IMG/VR virus record: IMGVR_UViG_3300021492_000027
DNA length: 64,000 bases
Direction: 5' to 3' (one strand)
Source: a virus
In this document: positions 18,973 through 28,654 of the stretch, piece after piece
How the letters are laid out: each line of letters opens with the position of its first letter
Numbering within the stretch: position 1 is the first letter of the stretch
The notes under the pieces: model-generated
The model's input: the letters and a program-made list of their open reading frames with translations, nothing else
The model's database searches: none
Told to the model about the DNA's origin: nothing
Position numbers and translations under genes: made by a program

Positions 18973-19436
18973 ATGAGATAGAAGATAAGGAAATAGATAA
19001 GCTTTATGTTGAGATAGAACAGCGAATAAACGAAATAAATCACGAGCGTGAAACTGATAAAGAGCTACAAAAACTGAAGCATTTAGCAGAAATAATAGAC
19101 AAAAAAATATCAGCTAAAGAATCAGCCTATGAAGCAAAACTAAAGCCATTAGAAGAACAGCGTGAGGCGATAATATCACAGCTAAAAACAATGTATAGAG
19201 GTCGTGGTACGGAACATTATGGCGTTTTGGTTCTCCATTTCAGAAAATCTCGTAGCTTGAGGATAGCAGATAAAGAAGTGCTTATAAGGGATTTGCATAG
19301 GATAAACAAGCTCAGTCAGTGTGTGAAGTCGTTTGATAACAGAGAGTTACGGAAATTAGCAGATGCTAATGTAATATCTGGGATAGAATTTGAAGAAAGA
19401 ATAAATCTTAATGTGGATGTGAATAGAAATGAGTAG
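18969..19436 (+). CDS. Coiled-coil protein, possibly Gam/Gp157-like
   Basis: N-terminal coiled coil followed by an FRKSRSLRI beta segment; weak resemblance only. Confidence 0.35.
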   Translation: MNEIEDKEIDKLYVEIEQRINEINHERETDKELQKLKHLAEIIDKKISAKESAYEAKLKPLEEQREAIISQLKTMYRGRGTEHYGVLVLHFRKSRSLRIADKEVLIRDLHRINKLSQCVKSFDNRELRKLADANVISGIEFEERINLNVDVNRNE

Positions 19437-19645
19437 AGTATATTTGAAAGCTTCAGTACTAGCTGGTACTTCTCTTGAAGAAGCGATAAGAGATGCAAAA
19501 AAGATAGCAGAAAAGACAGGTACAGGAATTGAATTTGGGTTCAATGGTGTTTTAATGCTTATAGATTCGTCATCAGATATACAAAAGGAAATAGAAGATT
19601 ACAAATTTGAGATTAAAAGAATGCGAAATATAGAGGTGACAAAAA

Positions 19646-20503
19646 ATGAATAATAGTGATGAAGAGAAATGGATAGAGGAACGTCTCAAAAAGTTAAGTG
19701 AACGCACAAAAACCTCAGTTGAGGAGCTCCGTAACGCTTTTGATAGTATTGTTGAGATATACAAAAACGATCCGCAACTACAAAAACCATCCGATCTATA
19801 TAAATACGCATTAGAGGTCTTAATCAGCCGTACAGTCTTTAAGCCGTCACTAACAACCTATAAGCTGGTTCTATTCGGCGATACAGGTAAGCTGATAACG
19901 CGTTCAAACCGTGCCATGCGTATGGTCTTTGGCTATGGCAACATAGATGGTAAGAACATGGTTGTTAAACTCATATTCCGTGAGGACATGGTAGATACAG
20001 AGCTTGATATGATGCGTATATACGAATGTAGCCTCTCACAGAGCACCAAAGATAGCCGTATAATGTTTGTTACCAAAGATTCGACGTTTGCTTTGAAACA
20101 GCCATTAATGCCAGAACAGCAGCGGTCTTTGCTCGCAAAAATGGGATTCGATATAATAACGAGTGCAACAGCGAGAACGAACATAAGCGCAGTAGATGGC
20201 AACGGGCGCACAGATGCGTTCGATATGAAAATCTTTGAAGGGACAATCAACCAAGTGAGGAGCGGGATGCGTTCAAACGGCACTCAGTGGACGGTATACG
20301 ACATAGTTGATAGCGAAATAAGCGAAGCAACAATCATAGAACCGCTAACGGTCTGGGTGCCACAGCCGTTTGCAGAGTATAGTGAAGGCGATAGGGTTTG
20401 CTGTGTAGGCACAACAAAACTCATGAAACGTCAGGATCAAGGCGAATATGTTGTTATGAACGCTGTTTCTGTAATACCAATAGTTGTAATGCATGAGGAG
20501 TAA
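19646..20503 (+). CDS. RPA-like OB-fold ssDNA-binding protein
   Basis: Helical N-domain plus two beta-rich segments ending GDRVCCVGTTK; replication-module context. Confidence 0.5.
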   Translation: MNNSDEEKWIEERLKKLSERTKTSVEELRNAFDSIVEIYKNDPQLQKPSDLYKYALEVLISRTVFKPSLTTYKLVLFGDTGKLITRSNRAMRMVFGYGNIDGKNMVVKLIFREDMVDTELDMMRIYECSLSQSTKDSRIMFVTKDSTFALKQPLMPEQQRSLLAKMGFDIITSATARTNISAVDGNGRTDAFDMKIFEGTINQVRSGMRSNGTQWTVYDIVDSEISEATIIEPLTVWVPQPFAEYSEGDRVCCVGTTKLMKRQDQGEYVVMNAVSVIPIVVMHEE

Positions 20504-20506
20504 AAA

Positions 20507-21301
20507 ATGTCAGATATTCATTTTGAGTTAAAAAATAGCGATTTGCTTCATTGGTTAGGCACAGTAGCGTCATTAGGTGAACTCCAAAAATCAAAATTGC
20601 AAATAAGCTCACGAGGTGTTATTATAGAGGCAATAAACATAGCGAACACCATATACTTCAATGCCGAACTATCACGTGATATTTTTGTCCAGTATGACGA
20701 GCAAATAACAGAAAATATACAGCTAAATCTGAGTTCAGAGAATATCTCAAACATATTCACCTTCATTAGAGGTACACCACACACAAATAACGTGAAGCTT
20801 TCACTAAATACAGAGACAAAAAAGCTACATATAGATACAAACAACATATCGTACAATACTACGCTCCCGTCAATGTCTGTATCAAACTATCCAGAGCTGA
20901 AATTAGAGCCGGAATGTACAGTGATTGTTCCATTAAAGGACATACTTCGTATAGCGAAGGTAGCACACACGTTTTTTAATAGCGAGTTTCTCGATTTCTA
21001 TACTAACAAAGAAGCGATGGTGATAGAGACAAAACATAGCTATTCAGACGAGAAAGCGGTTTTGAGGCTCGAACGCGCAGATACAGGCTATTTCGATATA
21101 GACAATGAAAAACATGAGACTATACGTGGTAGGTATACAGGTGATTACGTGTTTGATATCCTTCGTGGGTGTGCTTTGGCAGGCGCTGAAAATATAACAA
21201 TTCAGTATAGCTATGATAATCTGATAAAGTTCAGTGCAGAGCTTGAAGATGGGTTATTCAAGTTTTACTATGTTTTAGCACCGTGTGCATTTGATGACTG
21301 A
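20507..21301 (+). CDS. pcn: PCNA-like sliding clamp
   Basis: 264 aa; GVIIEAINIAN, YTGDYVFDIL, ITIQYSYDNLIKF, FYYVLAP follow the PCNA pattern; RFC genes lie nearby. Confidence 0.75.
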   Translation: MSDIHFELKNSDLLHWLGTVASLGELQKSKLQISSRGVIIEAINIANTIYFNAELSRDIFVQYDEQITENIQLNLSSENISNIFTFIRGTPHTNNVKLSLNTETKKLHIDTNNISYNTTLPSMSVSNYPELKLEPECTVIVPLKDILRIAKVAHTFFNSEFLDFYTNKEAMVIETKHSYSDEKAVLRLERADTGYFDIDNEKHETIRGRYTGDYVFDILRGCALAGAENITIQYSYDNLIKFSAELEDGLFKFYYVLAPCAFDD

Positions 21302-21333
21302 GCATCAATTTTTTATTTTTTTATTTTTTGTAT

Positions 21334-21407
21334 GGGCTCATAGCTCAGCAAGGTAGAGCGGCGGGCTTTTAACACGTTGGTCATGGGTTCAAATCTCGTC
21401 GAGCCCA
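21334..21407 (+). tRNA. trnK: tRNA-Lys(UUU), with mismatches
   Basis: GGGCTCA TA GCTC-AGCAAGGTA-GAGC G GCGGG-CTTTTAA-CACGT TGGTC ATGGG-TTCAAAT-CTCGT CGAGCCC A; A7-C66 and G30-A40 are mismatched. Confidence 0.8.
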
Positions 21408-21424
21408 TAAAAAAGGAGGTAAAA

Positions 21425-21697
21425 ATGAGAAAAATTTCTAAAAAACTGTTTTGTATTGGATTTGTTTTAGGTCTTATAGCTGGCACAGTATATTTTACAA
21501 CAAGTGCTTCTTTCATGACAAAGGACATAGAGCCATTACCAGAAATAAATCCCACCCCAGTCATCATCAATACATCAACTATTGGAAAAGAGTTTATATT
21601 GATGTGGTCTATTACTATTGGTGCCATAATCCTTGTAATGGGTATTTTAGGTTTTTTAGTATTTTATGCATTAATAAAAGTGAAGAAAAATGAATGA
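21425..21697 (+). CDS. Two-TM membrane protein, related to 46311..46748
   Basis: YFTTSASFMTKDIE versus YFTTGTYFMTKDME; start moved to ATG 21425 after RBS AGGAGGT. Confidence 0.55.
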   Translation: MRKISKKLFCIGFVLGLIAGTVYFTTSASFMTKDIEPLPEINPTPVIINTSTIGKEFILMWSITIGAIILVMGILGFLVFYALIKVKKNE

Positions 21698-22787
21698 AGT
21701 AGAGGATTTATTAAAAACAGAAAATAGTGATGATGCGGACATAGAGGCGATTTTAGATAGCGAATTTGAAGTAGAGGGAGAACCAGCAAAAGAGCGACCA
21801 GCTGAGACCGAAGCGCAGGATATAGTAGAGGAGGAGATAGATGAGGACGAAATAGCTGAGATATTAGGTGGTGATACTGGTGAAGAACCTTCTAAAAAAG
21901 AGCAGCCTCAGCCTAAACAACCAAAGAAAGAACCAGTAAAAAAGAAGCAACCCCCTAAGCAACCACAGCAACAAAAAAAGAAATATCAAGAACCAGACAA
22001 AATCTTGATATATTCAGAACCAAAAGTAGGGAAGACACATGCAATAGCATCATTAATGGAAAAAGCGCTTAATGAGAATCCTGATACACGGTTTTTTGTA
22101 ATAGTAACAGATGCGGGTTTCTGGAAGACAGTGTTGCGATATTGGCGAATACGAAAACTCGACGAAGAGAAGCTATATAACCAAGTTTCATATTATTCAG
22201 TTGTTGACATAAACGAAGTCTTTGATATATTACGTCAAATCCGTGCAGAGGCTCGTCCAAACGATTGGCTTATCATAGATGTTCTCAGTGATTTCTGGGA
22301 TAGGGCACAGGATAAGTTCATTGAGTCGTGTACTCAAGATGGCAATGTTGTAGATTTAATAGTTGAAGCAGCTAACGACCCATCGCGGTTCGGTACTTTA
22401 ACGGGTTTACAATGGGGCTACTGTAAACGAGTAGATAATACAATATCTTATTATGCAGTGATAAATCCACCATGCAATATTATAGCAACTGCATCAGCAA
22501 AGGAACTTGGCGGTATAGAAGAAGCATTGGGAGGCGAAGAGAAGGTAGAGAAGTCAATAGGTTCGATGTACAGCTCATTTAAAGTGGTGGGCTACAGACC
22601 AGAGGGTCAGAAAAGACTATCATACAAATTCGATGAGATAGTTTTTCTTGGTAAAGACAAGTCAGGCAAACACTATTTTATGATTGTGGGCTCACGCGAT
22701 ATAGACACGGATTATAAGCGCATCCCATACGGCTTTTCATTCTGGGAAACATACATAGGCTATAAACGTCAGAAGATGCAGTTGTGA
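21690..22787 (+). CDS. AAA_24-like phage ATPase with acidic, low-complexity N-terminus
   Basis: IYSEPKVGKTH (Walker A), WLIIDVLS (Walker B), RPEGQKRLSYKFD. Confidence 0.7.
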   Translation: MNEVEDLLKTENSDDADIEAILDSEFEVEGEPAKERPAETEAQDIVEEEIDEDEIAEILGGDTGEEPSKKEQPQPKQPKKEPVKKKQPPKQPQQQKKKYQEPDKILIYSEPKVGKTHAIASLMEKALNENPDTRFFVIVTDAGFWKTVLRYWRIRKLDEEKLYNQVSYYSVVDINEVFDILRQIRAEARPNDWLIIDVLSDFWDRAQDKFIESCTQDGNVVDLIVEAANDPSRFGTLTGLQWGYCKRVDNTISYYAVINPPCNIIATASAKELGGIEEALGGEEKVEKSIGSMYSSFKVVGYRPEGQKRLSYKFDEIVFLGKDKSGKHYFMIVGSRDIDTDYKRIPYGFSFWETYIGYKRQKMQL

Positions 22788-23821
22788 TGGATGTTATAGA
22801 TGTTTTGTTTCGGCATTTCCCGCGTGTTGTTGGATTCCGTCCAGCAACACGCGAATTTTTCAAACGAAAAGAAGTAGCAACGAAATCAGAGTTCTTAAAG
22901 CTCATAAATCGTTATAGTGGGACATACGAGATTTTTACTTCAATTTACGATAACGATAAGACAATAGACAAAATCTTTATTGACATAGACAGCTATGATA
23001 CACTTAATAGAGCATTAAGTATCGCAAAACGTCTCTATGAAAAACTAACAGTTAGCATGAATTTGCCAGTAATTCCAGTTTTTTCGGGCATGAAAGGCTT
23101 TCATTTACATGTTTTATTGAAGCCTTGTCAATACGAACATGCAAGTGACTTGTTGACGAATGCAACATTACAATTAGTAACGGAAAAGACAGACGAAGAA
23201 GGCATAGGGCAAGTCATAGAGTGTGTTGATCAGCGTTTCATAGGTGCTATCAATTCTTTATGCCGTGTGCCCAATACCGAACGTGTAGGTCTTAATGCTT
23301 ACTGTGTGCCATTACCGCAGAACTTCCTTGATTTGAGTTTGAAAGAAATAATCAAGTTAAGCAAATCAAAGCAGACATTTGAATATGATTTCAGTGGCTA
23401 TAAATTTTGCTACCTAACAGAACTAATCAACGATCAAGATATTGTTTCTGACATAGACAGAGCCTATGATGCGATAGAGTTTAATAAAATTGGTTTTGAT
23501 AGAATCAATTTCTTTCCTAAAAGTGGTGATGTGAAGCGTTATCTCAAGCCGATATTACCACCATGTTTGTTTAATGAAATAATCAAGCCAGAGCCGTCAC
23601 ATGCGATCCGAGTAGCAACAACAGCATTTTTGTTGATATTCTTAGAGCCCAAGCAAGTCGAGAATATCTTTTCACGACTGGGCTGGATAGATTATAACCA
23701 ACGAATGACGCATTATCAGGTACAGAACATAAGCCAGCGTGCTATCCGTCCGTTCTCATGCAAGAAACTAAGTTTTTTAACAGCTTCTAAGTATTGTAAT
23801 AAATGTAATTTTAAGAGGTGA
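22784..23821 (+). CDS. priS: Archaeo-eukaryotic primase with fused PriL-CTD-like domain
   Basis: FIDID, FSGMKGFHL, RVPNT, then LPPC...H..R...YQVQNI...SCKKL...YCNKC. Confidence 0.8.
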   Translation: MMDVIDVLFRHFPRVVGFRPATREFFKRKEVATKSEFLKLINRYSGTYEIFTSIYDNDKTIDKIFIDIDSYDTLNRALSIAKRLYEKLTVSMNLPVIPVFSGMKGFHLHVLLKPCQYEHASDLLTNATLQLVTEKTDEEGIGQVIECVDQRFIGAINSLCRVPNTERVGLNAYCVPLPQNFLDLSLKEIIKLSKSKQTFEYDFSGYKFCYLTELINDQDIVSDIDRAYDAIEFNKIGFDRINFFPKSGDVKRYLKPILPPCLFNEIIKPEPSHAIRVATTAFLLIFLEPKQVENIFSRLGWIDYNQRMTHYQVQNISQRAIRPFSCKKLSFLTASKYCNKCNFKR

Positions 23822-23827
23822 TAAAAA

Positions 23828-24505
23828 ATGAAGTTAAGGAATATTTTAATCTGTTGTTGTATATGTCAGTTATTTTTTATTTCAGTAACATCTGGAGCTT
23901 ATATAGAGACAACAAATTTTGCAGATGGATTTGGTTTTGATGATGTAATTCAAACTTGTAATAACTCAGAAAAAGTAGTATTATTGAATATTACTAATCC
24001 ACAAAGACCCATCAATGCTTTTATTTGTAATATCCTATATAACACCAGCATTATAGAAATAGTAAATATATCACATAGCGAGTTAACCCAAAATTAGTCT
24101 TTTTGTTATTTGAACTATTATTGGGGCACGCGTGTTGCGGCGGTTTATGATGTTACCAATCGAATTGAAAGTAATGGTTCAATTGCTCAGATTACTTTTC
24201 AAATAAAGGATATAGGTCAGACCAGTCTTAATATTTCTGATATTCAGTTATCAGATCAGTACTATAATGTTGGAACAGCACAAGCATATAATACCACATT
24301 AATAATTTGGCAAAGAGGTGATCTCAACGATAATGGCGATATAGCTGACATCGGTGATGTGGGACTTATGTGGTTAGCATTCTTGGGTTTGAGACCAACA
24401 GATTGTCGCTATGATTTAAATAATGATGGCAAAGAGGCAAGTATAAGTGATGTGCGATTGATATGGCAAATGTGGCAAAATAAAAATGGTAATAATAGTA
24501 GATGA
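23828..24505 (+). pseudogene. Signal peptide + cohesin-like + dockerin-like protein interrupted by an in-frame TAG (24095-24097)
   Basis: ORFs 23828 and 24110 are in the same frame (...TQN*SFCYLNYYWG...); dockerin-like GDLNDNGD and YDLNNDG repeats. Confidence 0.65.
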
Positions 24506-25175
24506 TCGCGAGCCGTCCGATATTTTAGATTCAATAAAAAACTCAGTGACTTACGAACGTAAACGACTCGCAATAGGCGATTACATTGTAAATAATACTT
24601 TAATAATCGAACGCAAAACAGCGCCAGATTTTATCAGTTCCATGTTATCAGGTCATCTGAGATCACAGGTGTATAGACTAACAAAAGTATCATCGAGTCC
24701 GATACTGGCAATAATAGGCAATATCTATATAGAAGCGCAAGGTCGTATCAATCGCAAAGCATTGATAGCGTTTTGGGCATCGTTGTCGTGTAGGCATAAT
24801 CCTGAAGGTGCACATGGGCGTGTTTCGTTTATGTTTTTTGAAACTAACTACGATTTCGCATTATATCTCAAATACCTTGACGAAAAAACTGCTGAAAGTA
24901 CCATTTTTATCAATCCTGTGATTTATGAGGTCAGTGATTCAGACCTTAGAGCATTGAGAACAGCGATATTGGCGTCAATACCGGGCATAGGTGAGGAGTT
25001 AGCGAAGCGGTTATTAGCCCGGTTCGGTAACCTTAAAGCTATTGCGAGCGCTGCTGATGAGCAACTTCTGAATGTAAGAGGCATAAGTAAGAAGAAAGCA
25101 GAGATTATTCATAAGGTGCTAAGTGAAGGAAAGCGCGATAGCAGTAGTAAATCGCTTTTTGCATACATACACTGA
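24486..25175 (+). CDS. ERCC4/XPF-family nuclease with HhH motifs
   Basis: IIVDDRE, GDY, IERKT, IPGIG, VRGISKKKA. Confidence 0.9.
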   Translation: MVIIVDDREPSDILDSIKNSVTYERKRLAIGDYIVNNTLIIERKTAPDFISSMLSGHLRSQVYRLTKVSSSPILAIIGNIYIEAQGRINRKALIAFWASLSCRHNPEGAHGRVSFMFFETNYDFALYLKYLDEKTAESTIFINPVIYEVSDSDLRALRTAILASIPGIGEELAKRLLARFGNLKAIASAADEQLLNVRGISKKKAEIIHKVLSEGKRDSSSKSLFAYIH

Positions 25176-25969
25176 ATATATACCGCGGACGATGGAATGA
25201 TTGATAGAGGCAGAGAAAGGAGGTGAAGGAAGATGAATAAATTGTGTGTAGATGATGTAGTTGAACTTAAGGACGGAAGGGTAGTTAGGATTATGGAAGT
25301 GAGAGACAGAAGTTATATGTTTCCTGTGTGGTTTGTAGATACTGAAACAGGAGTAGCGGATGGATGTAAATTCGAGGATATAAAGAGAAAGGTGAGAGAA
25401 GATGAATAGATATAGAGAATATAGCGACAAAGCACTGGTGGTAATTTATATCTTCAATTATCCCGCCGAGCATCATGAAGAAACTAAAGAGTTGTGGGAA
25501 GAATTAGAATGGAGAGGTTTGATAGAATGGGCAGAGCAAACATACGGTGAACTTCTCAAGCTTTTTAATGAAAAGTGGGAGAAATGGGAGAAAGAGATTG
25601 AAGGAGGATGTGAAGAAATACGAAAAAAGGTAATAATAAGGAGAACATGTAATTTTGGAGACCCTGATTATCCATACAAAGTAGACGAAGGTATCAGTCA
25701 TGACGGAAAGAAAGAGGTAATCTCCCAGCTTTTTACTGGCGAGTGTGAAGTGCTGGATCAGTAGATTGTGCAAAGCATTATGACTTTGATTTTTATTTTT
25801 TATATATTTTTTAGATATTTGTTCAGCAAGATAACAATTATATGAAGAAAAATAATTTAAAAGCAATAAATTACGAATTACAGTTTATATTACCAGTAGC
25901 AATAAACGACAAGTTGCTTTATGTTTATATATTTTTAGAAAATAATCCCTCAAAAAGGAGTAAATAAAC

Positions 25970-26953
25970 ATGAGCTTGGTAGAGAAATATCGTCCCAAGA
26001 GCCTTGATGAAATAATAGGTCAAGACCAGCTAAAGACAAAAATCCGTAATATTTTAGTTAAGGATTATTTGCCCCATCTCATGTTCGTGGGCGACCCTGG
26101 TGTGGGCAAAACGAGCCTTGCGCACATAATAGCGCAAGAAAAGCATTACTATTTGATAGAGATGAACGCATCTGACGAGCGTGGTATAGATGTTGTTCGT
26201 CATGAGATAAAGCAATATGCACGTACAAAGACCATAGGCGATTATAAGGGCAAGATAATCTTGCTGGACGAGGCAGATAACTTAACAGCAGATGCTATGG
26301 ACGCTTTGAGACGTACAATGGAACGCTATGAGCATATCACAACTTTTATTTTTACTGTTAATCGTCCCGAACGTGTAATAGACCCCATAAAGAGCCGTTG
26401 CGCGATTTTTTATTTCAAACGACTAACTGATGCTGACGTTTTGAAACGCATCTTGTTCATTTTGAAAAACGAACATATTAGTATAGATTTGAAAAACCCT
26501 AAGATAAAGGCAGGCTTACGTGAGCTCATACGGTATGCCAATGGTGATCTACGCACCGCTATAAACATGCTGGAGTCAGTAATAACAAAAGAAAAGACAA
26601 TAACTGAGGAGAGCATACTGATAGAAGAGAAGCCTCAGAATGTCCAGCAAATACTGCAAATAGTTTTAGATGGCGATTTTGAAACTGCCCGCAATGAGCT
26701 ACAAAAGTTGTATATCCAGAATCGTTATGGTACAAACGCCATAATAGAACAGCTTTATGATGCGTTATCAAAGGCTGATGGGCTATCAGACGCTGTCCGT
26801 ATAAAAATCTATGAAAAACTTGGTGAGCTCGAACGCAACTTGAAGCTGGGCACGAACCCCATAATCCAGCTAACTTCGTTTCTCGCGTTTCTGTGGATAG
26901 TTCAATACGTGAAAGTGCCATCCGAATGTCCATTAGTAGCTAAGAGCTCATGA
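25970..26953 (+). CDS. rfcS: Replication factor C small subunit
   Basis: LVEKYRPKSLDEIIGQ, GDPGVGKT, ASDERGIDVVR, LDEAD, SRC. Confidence 0.95.
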   Translation: MSLVEKYRPKSLDEIIGQDQLKTKIRNILVKDYLPHLMFVGDPGVGKTSLAHIIAQEKHYYLIEMNASDERGIDVVRHEIKQYARTKTIGDYKGKIILLDEADNLTADAMDALRRTMERYEHITTFIFTVNRPERVIDPIKSRCAIFYFKRLTDADVLKRILFILKNEHISIDLKNPKIKAGLRELIRYANGDLRTAINMLESVITKEKTITEESILIEEKPQNVQQILQIVLDGDFETARNELQKLYIQNRYGTNAIIEQLYDALSKADGLSDAVRIKIYEKLGELERNLKLGTNPIIQLTSFLAFLWIVQYVKVPSECPLVAKSS

Positions 26954-26957
26954 AAAA

Positions 26958-27659
26958 ATGCAACTCAATTTCAGATTATCCTATTATTCAATAACGACAT
27001 TTTTGAAGTGCCCAAAGAAATTCGAGTATATCTACTCAATAAAGCCAGATAAAGTTTTGAAACAGGCACGGGCGAAAGAAGCTGACTGGGGTGTCCGTGT
27101 CCATGAAGCGATAGCACAATATTATTCATGGTTACTTCATGCTGGTAATGATATAGATGATTCGTTACGTGAAGCCAAAATAATTGACTTTTTTGAACAG
27201 AAACGTGACCCTGCGCGTGGTAGCGAATATGACGAGTTCATAACAACATGCTGTAACAATTTCATCAAATACGAGCTAAATAAGCGTCCGAAGACAGCTA
27301 AAATCGAAGCGATAGAGGTCGAGTGTCGTAACGAGTATCTGACTGGTAGGTTGGACTTGGTTCTAAGTGACCGTGTTATTGATTGGAAGACGGGCAAGCC
27401 TATGTCGTTTTTTGATGAATCGTTGATAGTACAGGGCAGTGTCTATCTTCTATTAACAGAAGCGCAAAAGGTTGATTTCGTGTTCTTACGTACGGGTAAG
27501 GTATTGACCCTAACGAGCCCAAATACAAAGCTCATACAGCATGTGGTTGATGAGATAGAGTCAAAAACGGAGTTTGAGAAGCGGGTATCGCCATTATGTA
27601 GGTTCTGTGAGTATCAGCTATGGTGTCAGTTCAGTGATAAGGTATTGTGGCAGTTGTGA
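26958..27659 (+). CDS. Cas4/RecB-like PD-(D/E)xK exonuclease
   Basis: N-terminal C, GRLD...IDWKTG, C-terminal CRFC...WC (four Fe-S cysteines). Confidence 0.85.
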   Translation: MQLNFRLSYYSITTFLKCPKKFEYIYSIKPDKVLKQARAKEADWGVRVHEAIAQYYSWLLHAGNDIDDSLREAKIIDFFEQKRDPARGSEYDEFITTCCNNFIKYELNKRPKTAKIEAIEVECRNEYLTGRLDLVLSDRVIDWKTGKPMSFFDESLIVQGSVYLLLTEAQKVDFVFLRTGKVLTLTSPNTKLIQHVVDEIESKTEFEKRVSPLCRFCEYQLWCQFSDKVLWQL

Positions 27660-27993
27660 GATATTTAAAAAATAGCTTTGGAGGTATTAATGAAATAATA
27701 ATTATTTATTATTGATAAATTAATTTTCAAAAGCAAAAGTTTTATATGTTTACACTTTCTATATTTTATTGTGACTCATGAGGGGGCATGTCCCTCTCTC
27801 TTTTCCCTCCCTCCTCTTTTTTCATCAATGGTGTTTCTCAAGCGCTTGGTTATTACTCTTCATCGGAAGTTTTTATAAAAAATAAGAAACATTTAGAAGT
27901 TTCATCCCTTGGAATTTCCTAATAATTATCTATTATTTCTCTGACCTTATATTAATATCAATATTTATATTGATGAAATAATAATTATTTATT

Positions 27994-28638
27994 ATGGATA
28001 TAGCTGAGGTCAAAGAAGGTAGGAGGAAGAGATTTAGAGATAATTTATTAGGAGTTGAGTACGAGTATGACTATGATACCGATACGCTTACGAATGTAAC
28101 TTTTACACCAGAGCAGGTCGTAAAGATAAGAAGTTTTGAAGTAAAACATACTTATGTTTATAAGTTTAAAGGAGAAATAAAGGACATGAGAGGAAATAAA
28201 ATAACCATATTTGAAGTAGTAGATACTAATACAAAGCATAAAAGACTTACTTTGAAAGATGAGGAAACAGGTAAAACATATCCTTTATCAGGAAGTAACA
28301 TAGCAGTTCTTTTGGAGGAGATACTTTCACTTTCAGGAGGAAATGGAATAATTGACTTATCAGAAAAAGAAAAGTGGATGCTTCAAATCCTGAATGAAAG
28401 ATATGCATTTGGGTTGGTGAAGATGCTTTTAAAAAGCGAAAATTACACTATCACGGTAAAGGAGGTTGCAAATGAGTTCAAATTTAATGATATTCAGAAG
28501 GCAAGGAATGTATTAGCTAAGTTTAAGAGGCTTGGGTTTCTCATAAGCAAAAAGAAGTCGTCAAAGGAAATGATTTATACAACTACTGTGAAGAGAGAAG
28601 AATTAACAAACTTCATTAAGAAAATTCTTGAGGCATAA
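27994..28638 (+). CDS. Protein with C-terminal winged-helix domain
   Basis: ITVKEVANEFKFNDIQKARNVLAKFKRLGFL; upstream palindrome ATCAATAT-TT-ATATTGAT. Confidence 0.55.
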   Translation: MDIAEVKEGRRKRFRDNLLGVEYEYDYDTDTLTNVTFTPEQVVKIRSFEVKHTYVYKFKGEIKDMRGNKITIFEVVDTNTKHKRLTLKDEETGKTYPLSGSNIAVLLEEILSLSGGNGIIDLSEKEKWMLQILNERYAFGLVKMLLKSENYTITVKEVANEFKFNDIQKARNVLAKFKRLGFLISKKKSSKEMIYTTTVKREELTNFIKKILEA

Positions 28639-28654
28639 GGTGCTATGAAGAGAA

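Noticed and set aside
26958-27659. Cas4-like gene as evidence of a CRISPR-Cas system
   Set aside because: There are no other cas genes or array; solo Cas4-like nucleases are common in archaeal virus replication modules.
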